Positions 39,643 through 49,439 of a DNA stretch of 64,000 nt are shown in pieces (the first letter of the stretch is position 1; each line of letters opens with the position of its first letter). Where the stretch lies: positions 800,001 to 864,000 of the forward strand of contig CAWDSK010000003.1 of the NCBI GenBank assembly GCA_963804995.1, given 5' to 3'. A program made the translations under genes and the position numbers. Source of the DNA: an uncultured Acidobacteriota bacterium. GTDB lineage: Bacteria > Acidobacteriota > Terriglobia > UBA7540. A model generated the notes under the pieces. It worked only from the letters and a program-made list of their open reading frames with translations, was not told the origin of the DNA and did not search any database.

Positions 39643-39780
39643 ATGTTTGTCATTCTCTTTATCGTTCTATTGGTGGCTTGGCTTTTGGGCTTTCTCGCCT
39701 TCCACGTTGCGGGGAGCTTGATTCACCTACTACTCATTGTGGCCGTCATTTGCTTGATCGTGCATTTCGTGCGGCGCTGA
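39643..39780 (+). CDS. lmo0937/DUF5670-family small membrane protein (45 aa)
   Basis: MFVILFIVLLVAWLLGFLAFHVAGSLIHLLLIVAVICLIVHFVRR; AAGGAG RBS; not in the ORF track. Confidence 0.85.
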   Translation: MFVILFIVLLVAWLLGFLAFHVAGSLIHLLLIVAVICLIVHFVRR

Positions 39781-39945
39781 AGCGCCGCGTAAAACACAAC
39801 GGTGCGTTACCGGCCCGAGGCAATCCCCGACTGACAGGCGGCGACCGGGGGTGAGAAGGAACGCGTTCACCTCCGGTTTTTCCACGCAGCGCTCCGTCGG
39901 GCGCAAGACTGGAGGTTCAATCCTATGTTCCAGCAAAGGAGAAAT

Positions 39946-40491
39946 ATGAAAACCCACAAACTCTGCTTAAGCATGCTCGCTCTGCTCGTAGTCGGGCTCC
40001 TCGTAGGGTGTTCAACGTCCACGAAGTCGCCCGACGTTTCTGACAGCATTCGCAAATCGCTCGATCAGGCTGGCTTCAAAGATGTCACTGTAAGTCAGGA
40101 TCGCGACAAGGGCATAGTAACGCTTGGCGGACACGTCGCGGCAGAGGCGGACAAGGTACAAGCCGAATCTCTCGCAACGTCAATCGCCGCTGGGCAGGTT
40201 GTCGCGAATCAGATTGCCGTGATTCCTCCCGGCGTCGAAAGCGAGGCTAAGACGGTGAACTCTGATCTCAACGCGGGCATCGAGAAAAACTTAGACGCGG
40301 CGCTCATCACCCATAGGCTTCACAGGGATGTGAAATTCAATGTCAAGAATGGGGTCGTCACCCTGACCGGTGAGGTCAACTCCCAGGCCCAGCGCGCGCG
40401 GGCCGAAAAGGTCGCTTCTTCAGTTCTAAATGTGAAGCAGGTGGTGAACGAGTTGGAGATTAAGAACCCGAAGGCCACGTCGTCGAAATAG
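39946..40491 (+). CDS. dual-BON-domain lipoprotein (OsmY-like)
   Basis: Lipobox LVGC, two G.VTL.G.V......AE..A..V.N.. BON repeats. Confidence 0.9.
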   Translation: MKTHKLCLSMLALLVVGLLVGCSTSTKSPDVSDSIRKSLDQAGFKDVTVSQDRDKGIVTLGGHVAAEADKVQAESLATSIAAGQVVANQIAVIPPGVESEAKTVNSDLNAGIEKNLDAALITHRLHRDVKFNVKNGVVTLTGEVNSQAQRARAEKVASSVLNVKQVVNELEIKNPKATSSK

Positions 40492-40765
40492 AGTTACCTG
40501 CTCCAGGGAATCCGGCGCGGCCCTGAGTGTGTCCCGAGATTTGAGGGACCACAAGTCATCGGTTGCTGGCGCGATCGGCTGCCGCGCCCTTACCGTCACA
40601 GCCAGGAGCCATGCTAGCGGCGACGAATGCGGGTGTCTGCTGAATCGTGAACACCTTCCTTCCGTCGTCCCCCCCGATTGTCGGCAAGGATGCCAAAATG
40701 GAATCTCATCCTTGAAGTTTGTGAGGGGCTACGCTGTTATTTTGGCGCATCGGAAAAGTTGGCGC

Positions 40766-40954
40766 TTACTCCTGCAGGACGGCGCTCAGGAGGGAATTGT
40801 TGACTTCAAGGCCGCCGTCATACCTGATGAAGCCACGTTTCCTGAATCCGTTCATGAAACAATTGATCCGGGAGCGTGTTATGCCGATCATTTCCGCCAG
40901 CATCTCCTGCGATACTTTGGGAAGCATTTTCTGAGGTTGGGGTTCCTTGCCATA
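40766..40954 (-). pseudogene. C-terminal HTH remnant of a Crp/Fnr regulator
   Basis: YGKEPQPQKMLPKVSQEMLAEMIGITRSRINCFMNGFRKRGFIRYDGGLEVNNSLLSAVLQE*; no start or cNMP domain. Confidence 0.8.
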
Positions 40955-41518
40955 CCCTGGCAGCGGCGGCCTAACTCCTGGTTGCCGGACAAGCGCCCGT
41001 CAGGATCCAGAGGCGGGGTTGTTGGAAGCGAAAGACGAGCTCCTAGCGCATTGTCGGCCACTCGGAAACTATCCCGAAACGGGGTTCTGGGAATCAGCTC
41101 CTGGGTTGTCGCCCCCGCGTTTACCGATCCACGCAACTCTGGACGGTTGACGGGCTGCTCGAAAACAAATCACCTGGCCGGTAACGGCCTACGAGTAGGG
41201 GTGCGAGGCACCTCCAGTCCGGCTTATTTTAACGCCTATGGGAGGCAGGCGTCCCTCCTGTCCCCTCGGCCGGACCGACTCCGCCGCTCTGAAATTATCA
41301 GCCGAAAAAGATAATTGAAAAGGATTGGCAACTGAAAGGCGAGGGGGCGCGCGACATGACAAGATGTCGCTCGCCTTTAAGTCGGATTGGACTCATTGCG
41401 AATGATGAAATTCTAATTGTAAGAATTACGAACAATGACATTTTGTCGTCTGACATCACTTATTTTTCCAGCCTGCTGGACATCCGCACCCAAAACCTTG
41501 TTCCTAGCTTGACACTCC

Positions 41519-41547
41519 AGGTTGCCGGGCATACCGTACGCTGGTTA
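41519..41547 (+). promoter_or_regulatory. sigma70-like promoter upstream of TonB-dependent receptor
   Basis: TTGACA-N17-TACCGT; homologous TTGACA-N17-TACCCT at 63817-63845. Confidence 0.55.
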
Positions 41548-41713
41548 TAGTGCACGAATTTGTAATATTTCCCTGCGTAATTTAGTGCAGCGATGACCGT
41601 TTCCGGCAGGAATAGATCAAATTACGCCGTGTGCACACGGCCGCGCGACGTGGGGATTGGCAGTGGAGCGGCGGGTCTTGGGTGAAGTTCAAATGCAACA
41701 AGGAGGCCAGGTC

Positions 41714-44700
41714 ATGCGACTTAAGTGTTTCTGGTTCTTATGCTTGGCACTTTTATGGTTAAGCGCAGGCGGCGCACTCTATGGCCAGGAAATCAGGGGA
41801 TCGATTGTGGGGAATGTCACTGATCCTTCTGGCGCAGGGGTCCCCGCTGCTCAAATCACGATCAGGAATGAGGGCACGGGGATCGAAACCAAAGTCACGA
41901 CCGGTGCTGCCGGAACCTATACCGTTCCTGACTTGCTGGCGGGAATCTACTCGGTTACCGCGGTCAAGGAGGGATTTAAGGCCTTCCATGCCACCGGAAT
42001 TCAGCTTCTCTCCGCCCAGACCACACGGCAGGATGTCGTGCTGGAGGTGGGGGCAGTCCAACAAACAGTGGAGATCGTTGCACGAGTGCAACTTGTGCAA
42101 ACGGATTCTCCCACCATCGGGGGCACACTTCAAGTGCGTGAACTGACCGACCTTCCCTTCATTACCACGACCATGGATGGTCTGTTCAACCTGGTGCCAG
42201 GAATGTCCCAGGGGGAGAAGAATGGAAACGCCAACCCCGCCATTGGTGGCGCTCCGTTCCTCGGCTCGAGCAACTTCACCCTGAACGGGATCACCACCAG
42301 CAACCCCGGGCAAGGTGGAGGAGGTAACGTCACCTACATCGGCTCCAACGAAATGATCGCCCAAGCGAACCTGCCTTCGATCGGAACCATGCAGGAGTTC
42401 AAGGTCGATAGCTCGGTGGTAGGCGCCGATGAGCGCTCTCAAACCGCAGTCAGCGTGGTGACGAAGCAAGGAACCAACAAGTTTCACGGCACCGCTTACG
42501 AGTACAACGAGAACAAAGCCACCGCGGCGAACGATTTCGAACTGAACGCCTCTGGCCAAACCCAGAACCCCTTCAACCGGAATCAGTTCGGGGTGAATGT
42601 TGGCGGTCCCATTCTTCGCGATAAGCTCTTCTTCTTCGTGAATTACGATGGGATTCGGGAGATTCATCCTTCGCCCGATGCGGAAAACTTCCCTTCCATG
42701 GCGATGCGCCAGGGGGATTTTTCCGCCATGTGTGATCAGTACAACGGGAGCGGAGTCTGCACCGATTCGAATCCGAACTCTCTCCAAAACGTCCAACTCT
42801 ATAACCCCCTCACGGGTCAGCCCTTCGCCGGGAACATCATTCCCCCGAATATGATCACTTCCCAGGCGAAGATAATGGACGCCTTCATGCCCGCGCTCAC
42901 CGTTCCAACATCTAACCCAAATTCCCTCGGGCTCCCCAATGACCCCGCAAGCAATTGGTACGGCGCCATTCCTCTCCGGTTCGGGACCAACAACGAGCAA
43001 GGCCGAATCGATAGCCAGTTGGGGACGAAAGACTCGGTCGTAGCATTCGCCCAACTGTCACGCGGCCTCCCGTGGTTCTATGGGTACCAAGGTCCGGGGA
43101 ATTACGGTAACTGGGTGAACCATGGTTATAACTGGCTCAACTTCAGTTTGACGGAGACCCACACCTTCGGCTCCGGGATGGTCAATGAATTCCGGGTGGG
43201 GTGGGTGCATGCCTACAGAAATAAGGATGGGCAAAACACAGGTTTTCACCCCTGGGATATTTTCCCCGGAATGCCGCCTTCGGCGAGTCTGAGCGGAGGC
43301 TTGCCCGCCGTCAACCAATCCGGATATCGGGGATTGTACGATGTGGGAGTCGCCACAGGAAGACAAGATACCGTGGACTGGGTTGACAACTTTACGATGG
43401 TGCACGGCCGTCATACCCTCAAGTTCGGGTTCGAGGAAAGCGGGTACAAAGAGTTTGACCAGGGAGGCCTGAGCGGCCAACCGCCTTTGGGCACGATCAA
43501 CTTTTCCGGGCAATGGACCGGCGGCTCAGGATTTCCTGCAGTTGTCGGGACATCCCCCGGAAATGCCTACGCGGATTATCTGCTGGGCTATGCTGACTCC
43601 AGCAGTTACGGAGTCAATACCCAACCTTACCTGACGAGCCGTCAATGGGACGGATACGCACTAGACACCTGGAAGGTTTCGTCGCGCCTTACGGTCAGTG
43701 CCGGTGTGCGGTACATCTATCAAAAGCCCTGGGTATTCCGGGACCATAATGCGACGTTCTTTGATATTGCGAACAACAAGTTGGTCTTGCAGGAAAACTT
43801 GAGTACTGCCACGGCCCCGCCGGGTGCAGATCCCAGAAAATTCGCACTCTATCCCTTCGAAACCACCCAGTCTATCGGGGCTTCGCTCAACTATTTCAAT
43901 GATGACAAGAATAACTGGGCGCCGCGCGTCGGCTTCGCCTTCCGTCCGTCCAGTGACAACCGAACCGTCATCCGCGGCGGGTACGGTGTGTACTACTCCT
44001 TTAACGCGGACTGGGTGGGGTGGAGAGGTCTTCAGTCCATGCCTCCCTGGGGCGCCACCAACTCGTTCTCCAGCAACTTACCCGGGGGGCCAGACCTACC
44101 CGCGGCCGGCTACCAGCCAGACCTCACATTTGCAAATCTCTTTCCCAGCGGCCAGATTGGGGGAATCTCGGCGAACCCCAGCCTCACTGTGCTGGACCAG
44201 AGGCAACTGAATCCTGTCTCGCAGCAGTGGAACTTAACCTTGGAGCGGCAGGTGGGCGAGAACTGGTCATTTCGTGGCACTTATTTGGGTAATTCCACCC
44301 GCCACATGGTGACCGACTTCAATTCCGGGAACAACATCAACGCTCCGGTGGTGCAACAGCCGAATGTGCCGGGCCAAGCCCAGCAGATCTTGCAACCCTG
44401 GAGCAGCATCAACTATTACACGTACTCGGGAATTGACAACTTCAACCAGATGCAATTGGAAATACAAAGGCGCTTCAATCACGGACTGATGTTCCGAACC
44501 GAATATGACTGGACCCGTCAACTGAGCAACGCCAACCCGTATGGGTCTCCGCAAGACCCCCACAATCTGGGCGCCAATTACGGCAATGACCCGCTCGTCT
44601 ATCGGCACAGATTCCTGACCTACTACGTCTACGAGTTGCCGGTGGGCCAGGGTAGAAAGTTCCTGGGCAATATGAACAAGTTCGAGGACGGCGTGCTGGG

Positions 44701-45190
44701 CGGCTGGCGCCTTTCCGGCATCACCACCTATCACAGTGGCGAGCCTGTGACCGCTTTCCTGAGCATCCCCTCAGGCTTCACGGGTTGGTCGGCAACCTGG
44801 CCGGATTGCGTCCCCGGCCAACTTTACTCTCGCGGCTCGGGTCATGACATCATTAACGGAGTTCCTTGGTTTAACCCCGGGGCGTTCGCTCCTCCTCAGC
44901 CTTTTGCTTGGGGGAACGCTCAGCCTATGCAGATGTTTGGTGCGGGCTTCGGGGATTGGGACTTCAGCGTGATGAAGCAGTTTAAACTGCCCAGGAGTGA
45001 GTCGAACAAGTTGGAGTTCAAGGTGGACTTCTTCAACCTTCCCAACCACCTCAATCTGGGTGATCCCAACAATTACATCGCTGACGTACGAGATGGAGGC
45101 CCGGCTTCTCCCAAGACCGGCCAAATACAGAGCGAGGGCAATGGCTATGCGCCACGTCAGATCCAGATAGGCCTTAGGCTGTTCTTCTAA
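41714..45190 (+). CDS. TonB-dependent receptor, Oar-like, with carboxypeptidase-regulatory-like N-domain
   Basis: AGGAGG RBS, signal peptide, G.I.G.VTDPSGA.VP.A, TKQGTNKFHG, NQFG..VGGPI..DKLFFF, APRVGFAF, C-terminal PRQIQIGLRLFF. Confidence 0.95.
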   Translation: MRLKCFWFLCLALLWLSAGGALYGQEIRGSIVGNVTDPSGAGVPAAQITIRNEGTGIETKVTTGAAGTYTVPDLLAGIYSVTAVKEGFKAFHATGIQLLSAQTTRQDVVLEVGAVQQTVEIVARVQLVQTDSPTIGGTLQVRELTDLPFITTTMDGLFNLVPGMSQGEKNGNANPAIGGAPFLGSSNFTLNGITTSNPGQGGGGNVTYIGSNEMIAQANLPSIGTMQEFKVDSSVVGADERSQTAVSVVTKQGTNKFHGTAYEYNENKATAANDFELNASGQTQNPFNRNQFGVNVGGPILRDKLFFFVNYDGIREIHPSPDAENFPSMAMRQGDFSAMCDQYNGSGVCTDSNPNSLQNVQLYNPLTGQPFAGNIIPPNMITSQAKIMDAFMPALTVPTSNPNSLGLPNDPASNWYGAIPLRFGTNNEQGRIDSQLGTKDSVVAFAQLSRGLPWFYGYQGPGNYGNWVNHGYNWLNFSLTETHTFGSGMVNEFRVGWVHAYRNKDGQNTGFHPWDIFPGMPPSASLSGGLPAVNQSGYRGLYDVGVATGRQDTVDWVDNFTMVHGRHTLKFGFEESGYKEFDQGGLSGQPPLGTINFSGQWTGGSGFPAVVGTSPGNAYADYLLGYADSSSYGVNTQPYLTSRQWDGYALDTWKVSSRLTVSAGVRYIYQKPWVFRDHNATFFDIANNKLVLQENLSTATAPPGADPRKFALYPFETTQSIGASLNYFNDDKNNWAPRVGFAFRPSSDNRTVIRGGYGVYYSFNADWVGWRGLQSMPPWGATNSFSSNLPGGPDLPAAGYQPDLTFANLFPSGQIGGISANPSLTVLDQRQLNPVSQQWNLTLERQVGENWSFRGTYLGNSTRHMVTDFNSGNNINAPVVQQPNVPGQAQQILQPWSSINYYTYSGIDNFNQMQLEIQRRFNHGLMFRTEYDWTRQLSNANPYGSPQDPHNLGANYGNDPLVYRHRFLTYYVYELPVGQGRKFLGNMNKFEDGVLGGWRLSGITTYHSGEPVTAFLSIPSGFTGWSATWPDCVPGQLYSRGSGHDIINGVPWFNPGAFAPPQPFAWGNAQPMQMFGAGFGDWDFSVMKQFKLPRSESNKLEFKVDFFNLPNHLNLGDPNNYIADVRDGGPASPKTGQIQSEGNGYAPRQIQIGLRLFF

Positions 45191-45209
45191 TGGTTCGGGG
45201 TAACTGAAG

Positions 45210-45268
45210 GGGAGACACCTGTCTCCCTGTTTTTGAGGGCTACGTTTCGGAAACGGGACGTAGCCCTC
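45210..45268 (+). terminator. intrinsic terminator/hairpins after receptor
   Basis: GGGAGAC-ACCT-GTCTCCC followed by TGTTTTT, then a second stem GAGGGCTACGT..ACGTAGCCCTC. Confidence 0.65.
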
Positions 45269-45550
45269 TGCGTTGGTCCCGGCAACTGGACGCTGCTACC
45301 CTCAGGACCACCGCAATAGACATTGTTTGTTGCGCACCAGCCTCAGGGGGTAAAATCCCGACGTATGGTGGAATTTGCACAGGCAACTGACACGGATTGA
45401 AGTATCCTTAAAGTGACGGAAGAGCAAGCTGAGGATTCGAGGGATTTATCATCAAGTGGAACCCCGCGTGGAGGCCCCCATCTTCACCACTTTTCTGGCG
45501 TACAGCTTAATACCTCTTCCGAACCTAATTGATAATATGGGAGGCGAAAC

Positions 45551-46957
45551 ATGGCAAACCGGAGAGAGTTTCTGACATCAATCGCTGCCGCAGCGTCCGC
45601 GGCTACGGCCCCAGGGGGAGCGCTCCTGGCAGCCCGGATGCCCGCCGGAGCGTCATCCCCTGGCTCATCGGCGGTAGCAGGCAGCCCGGCCGCACTCGCC
45701 ATTAACGGAGGAAAGCCGGTGCGCGAGGCCCCGCTGTTTGGCGGCGGATGTGGCATCGGGACGGAGTATTACGATGTGGAGGAGCGGGCCCGCCTGGTGG
45801 AGGTATGGGAATCGCATAACCCCTTCCGCTGGTACGGGTCCGGCTCCCAAGAGCCCCTGCAATGCGCAACCTTTGAGAAGGAGTTCGCCGAGCGGATGCA
45901 CCGCCGCTACGTGCTGGGGGTTACCTCGGGGACGGCCGCGCTCATTGTCGCGGTGGCGGCTCTTGGCATCGGCCCGGGCGACGAAGTGATTCTCCCGGCG
46001 TGGACGTGGTATTCGTGTTACGACGCCATTGTTCTGGCGGGCGCGCTGCCGGTCTTTGCCGAGGTTGACCGGTCATTGAATATCGACCCTGACGACATTG
46101 AACATCGTATTACACCCCATACTAAAGCCATCATGGCGGTGCATCTGGAAGGCTGTCCCGCCGATATGGACAGGATCCTGCCCATCGCCCGCAAACACGG
46201 AATCAAGGTGCTGGAAGATTGCGCGCAGAGCCTGGGGGCAAGCTACAAGGGCAAGCCGGTGGGTTCGATGGGGGACGTCGGCATCTACAGCTTCCATTAT
46301 TGCAAAACCATCACTTCCGGCGAGGGCGGCGCCGTGGTAACCGACGACCCGATCATCTACGAGCGCGCCTGCCGTTTCCACGATTTGGGGCCGCTGCGGC
46401 CGACCCTTGAAAAGCGGCTGGGAGGGTCGAAGGTCGCTGGTTTTGCCGGGGCGCAATTCCGCATGAGCGAGTTTACCGGAGCGGTTCTGGTCGCTCAGAT
46501 GCGCAAGCTTGACACCATCGTCGCTGCCATGCGCAGGAATGGGCGCCGGGTCTTCGAGGCCCTCCACGATTTGCCCGGCGCTCACTATCGGCATCTGCCC
46601 GACCCCGAGGGTGATCTGGCACAGAGAGTTTATCTGGAATTTCCCAGCCAGCAACTTCGTGACCGGTACGTCCGGGCGATGAAGGCGGAAAATGTTCCGG
46701 CTAACCGTCCCAGCGGCTCGGAACTCCTCCCCCTCGATCCTATCGTCGAGAAAAAGGCTACGGCGCATCCGGCTTGGCCGTCCTTCACATCGCCTCGCGG
46801 GAAAGCCATCCGTTACGGGGCTGAGGCTTGCCCGCGAACCATCGACATCCTCAATCGGTTCGCATCGGTTTGGATCGGTCCCAAGTTCACCGAGCAGGAT
46901 ACTCAAGACATCGCCACGGCCATCAAGAAAGTTTATCCGGCTATTGTGAACTCGTAA
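45551..46957 (+). CDS. DegT/DnrJ/EryC1/StrS PLP aminotransferase with Tat-type leader
   Basis: NRREFL leader, SGTAAL, GPGDEVI.P, EDCAQS.G, SFHYCKTIT.GEGG (PLP lysine), FRMSE. Confidence 0.9.
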   Translation: MANRREFLTSIAAAASAATAPGGALLAARMPAGASSPGSSAVAGSPAALAINGGKPVREAPLFGGGCGIGTEYYDVEERARLVEVWESHNPFRWYGSGSQEPLQCATFEKEFAERMHRRYVLGVTSGTAALIVAVAALGIGPGDEVILPAWTWYSCYDAIVLAGALPVFAEVDRSLNIDPDDIEHRITPHTKAIMAVHLEGCPADMDRILPIARKHGIKVLEDCAQSLGASYKGKPVGSMGDVGIYSFHYCKTITSGEGGAVVTDDPIIYERACRFHDLGPLRPTLEKRLGGSKVAGFAGAQFRMSEFTGAVLVAQMRKLDTIVAAMRRNGRRVFEALHDLPGAHYRHLPDPEGDLAQRVYLEFPSQQLRDRYVRAMKAENVPANRPSGSELLPLDPIVEKKATAHPAWPSFTSPRGKAIRYGAEACPRTIDILNRFASVWIGPKFTEQDTQDIATAIKKVYPAIVNS

Positions 46958-47048
46958 GCGCTTGATGGAGCGCTCCCATCCATCAGCAGGGGCGGCTCGC
47001 CGTCCTCACCAACCAGCGTGGCAGGTTGGGGCATGATGGCTCGCCAGG

Positions 47049-49259
47049 TTGTTTATGGAGGGATTTATCAAAATCCCAATTGCATGGCTAACCGGCGGCC
47101 GGGGTGTCCTTACCCTGCGACTGTGTGGGCGCTCGCGATCACTCCACTTCCCCACCCTTCTGGCGCTGGCGGCAGTTCTCCTGATCTTCCCTCGCGGTCC
47201 TGCCTTGGCCGAAGATTCGAGGCCTGCCTCGGTCATCCTCATTTCCGTTGACACCCTGCGCGCCGATCATCTGGGATGCTACGGCTATCGGGCTCTGCCC
47301 ACCCCACACATCGACGCGATGACGGCCGGCGCCACTTTGTTCTGGAACATCAGCTCCCAGGTTCCGCTGACTCTGCCCTCGCACGTCTCGCTGCTCACCT
47401 CCACCTACCCGTTTTCGAATGGCGTGGAAGACAACGGAGAAGTCCTGGCGCCGGGTGCGGTGACGCTGGCGGGCTTGCTGAGATCTCGCGGGTACCGGAC
47501 AGCGGGGTTTGCAGGGGGGTTCACTCTTGACCGCAGATTTGGGGTAGACCAGGGTTTCGACTTCTACGACAGTCCTTTCGACCTCAACCCCCGGCAAGAC
47601 ATCGACCAGCTTGACCTGAAACGTCCCGCCGAGGAAGTAACCCGGAGTGCGCTGCATTGGTTACAGAACAATTCAGAGCATCCGTTTTTCCTTTTCCTGC
47701 ACCTTTACGACCTCCACAAGCCTTACCGCATCACGCCGGACATCCGCACTCGATTCCAGGGCCGCGAATACGATGGCGAGCTCAGCTATGTCGATGCGAC
47801 TCTGGGGGACTTCTGGGCGTTCCTCACGTCCAAGGGCCTGCTCGATAGGAGCTTGATCATCTTTCTCTCGGACCATGGCGAAAGTTTGGGAGAGCACGGC
47901 GAGCGGACACATGGCTACTTCATCTATGAAAGTACGCTGCGAGTGCCGCTGATCATTCGTTGGCCCCGGGGGAGCGCGCCTTTCCCCTCGCGCGTCAACC
48001 CTGCGGCCAGCTTGCTCGATGTGGCGCCCACCATCCTGCAATTCCTGGGTGTTCCCGCGCCACCTCAATTTCAGGGGCGGAGTCTCCTGGAATTGTTGGA
48101 CCAGAAGATGCCGCCCACTCCTCGCGAGGTATACAGCGAAACCCTGTATGCCCATTATCATTACGAATGCGCCGCAATGCGCAGCTTGAGGGTCGGAGAT
48201 TACAAGTACATCGACGCTCCCCAGCCGGAATTTTACGATCTCGGCGCCGATCCTGGGGAACGGACTAATCTCTCCGCGCGGTCGACCTCCCTTGCCCTTG
48301 CCTACCGCGAGCGCTTGCAACATCTGCGCACCCGATTTGCCTCCACCCATCCGGCGCAGCCCAACGCCGTCAGCCCGGAAGTAGCGCGCGCCTTGAGCTC
48401 GCTTGGCTACGTGGCTGCCACGAGCGGCCATGTCGCCGACGATGATTCGGGGCCTGATCCGAAAACCCGGCTGGACGATTACCTGAAGACGGAGGAGGCA
48501 ACCTCACTGGCCATTTCAGGGCAATTGCAGCAGTCGGTGGAAATGCTGAAAGGCGTCCTCGCTAAAGACCCTGATCTAATCGACACGCGAAACCTTTTGG
48601 GACTGTTCGAACAGAAGCTGGGCAGCGCGGAGGATTCAGCCGAGAGCTTCCGGAAAGTGCTGGAGCGCGAACCGTTCAACCTCATGGCCCATTACAACCT
48701 GGGGATCCAATACTTCCAGCTCCATCGGCTCGATGACGCCGCCAGGGAACTTCAGGCGACCCTGACGATCGGGTCAGCTCGAGGCACGGCCGCCGACAAT
48801 CTCACCCAGCCGGCAGGGGAGCTCCTCGGAAAAATCTGGATGGAGAAAAAGGACTTGGCGCGGGCCCGCGAGCAATTTAACCATCTACTGACGGCGTTCC
48901 CACGGGATTTTGCCGCTCATTACAACTTGGGTTTCCTCGCCGCCGAGGACAGGAATTGGGGAGAAGCGACGCAACAGCTCGGCGCCGCGCTGGAAATTGA
49001 GCCGAACAATCCTCAGGCCCACAATGCGCTGGGCACGGTCTATCTCAACAAGGGGAACTTGACGGAAGCGCGCGCCGAGTTCAGCCTGGCCACCAAGTTG
49101 GAACCCAAGTATGCGCAGGCCCATTACAACCTCGGCTTGGCTTTAAACAAGAGTAAGATGAGGGATGAAGCCGCCCGCGAGTTCAGAAAGGCACTGGAAG
49201 CTGATCCCAAGTTCCTCCCAGCGCGAAAGGCCCTGGACGAAATGACGCACGGCGAGTAG
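47049..49259 (+). CDS. sulfatase-like (alkaline phosphatase superfamily) hydrolase with C-terminal TPRs
   Basis: ISVDTLRADHL, PLTLPSH, HLYDLH, SDHGESLGEHGE..HG, VPLII, TPR repeats; exact start uncertain. Confidence 0.85.
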   Translation: MFMEGFIKIPIAWLTGGRGVLTLRLCGRSRSLHFPTLLALAAVLLIFPRGPALAEDSRPASVILISVDTLRADHLGCYGYRALPTPHIDAMTAGATLFWNISSQVPLTLPSHVSLLTSTYPFSNGVEDNGEVLAPGAVTLAGLLRSRGYRTAGFAGGFTLDRRFGVDQGFDFYDSPFDLNPRQDIDQLDLKRPAEEVTRSALHWLQNNSEHPFFLFLHLYDLHKPYRITPDIRTRFQGREYDGELSYVDATLGDFWAFLTSKGLLDRSLIIFLSDHGESLGEHGERTHGYFIYESTLRVPLIIRWPRGSAPFPSRVNPAASLLDVAPTILQFLGVPAPPQFQGRSLLELLDQKMPPTPREVYSETLYAHYHYECAAMRSLRVGDYKYIDAPQPEFYDLGADPGERTNLSARSTSLALAYRERLQHLRTRFASTHPAQPNAVSPEVARALSSLGYVAATSGHVADDDSGPDPKTRLDDYLKTEEATSLAISGQLQQSVEMLKGVLAKDPDLIDTRNLLGLFEQKLGSAEDSAESFRKVLEREPFNLMAHYNLGIQYFQLHRLDDAARELQATLTIGSARGTAADNLTQPAGELLGKIWMEKKDLARAREQFNHLLTAFPRDFAAHYNLGFLAAEDRNWGEATQQLGAALEIEPNNPQAHNALGTVYLNKGNLTEARAEFSLATKLEPKYAQAHYNLGLALNKSKMRDEAAREFRKALEADPKFLPARKALDEMTHGE

Positions 49260-49439
49260 GGCCGTTAGGGTGGCACGACGGATATCCCACCCACGCGTAT
49301 TCCAAGTACACCCCGAGGGTCACCTTGACGCTCGGCATCTGAGAACAAAGTCGCATGCGCTAATTATCACCCATGCGAATCTGTGGGTAGGTAATAGGTA
49401 ACTGGTGTCCCTACCCCAACTGAATCATAGGAGGTCGTC

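Noticed and set aside
40529..41314. 261-aa plus-strand ORF
   Set aside because: Largely antisense to the Crp remnant and repeat sequence; no coding signature
41409..41427. AATTCT-N7-AGAATT inverted repeat as operator
   Set aside because: Short, AT-rich and not conserved in the paralogous region near 63720
49260..49330. tRNA-like start GGGCCGTTAG
   Set aside because: No T-loop GTTCRA or cloverleaf; only a simple hairpin
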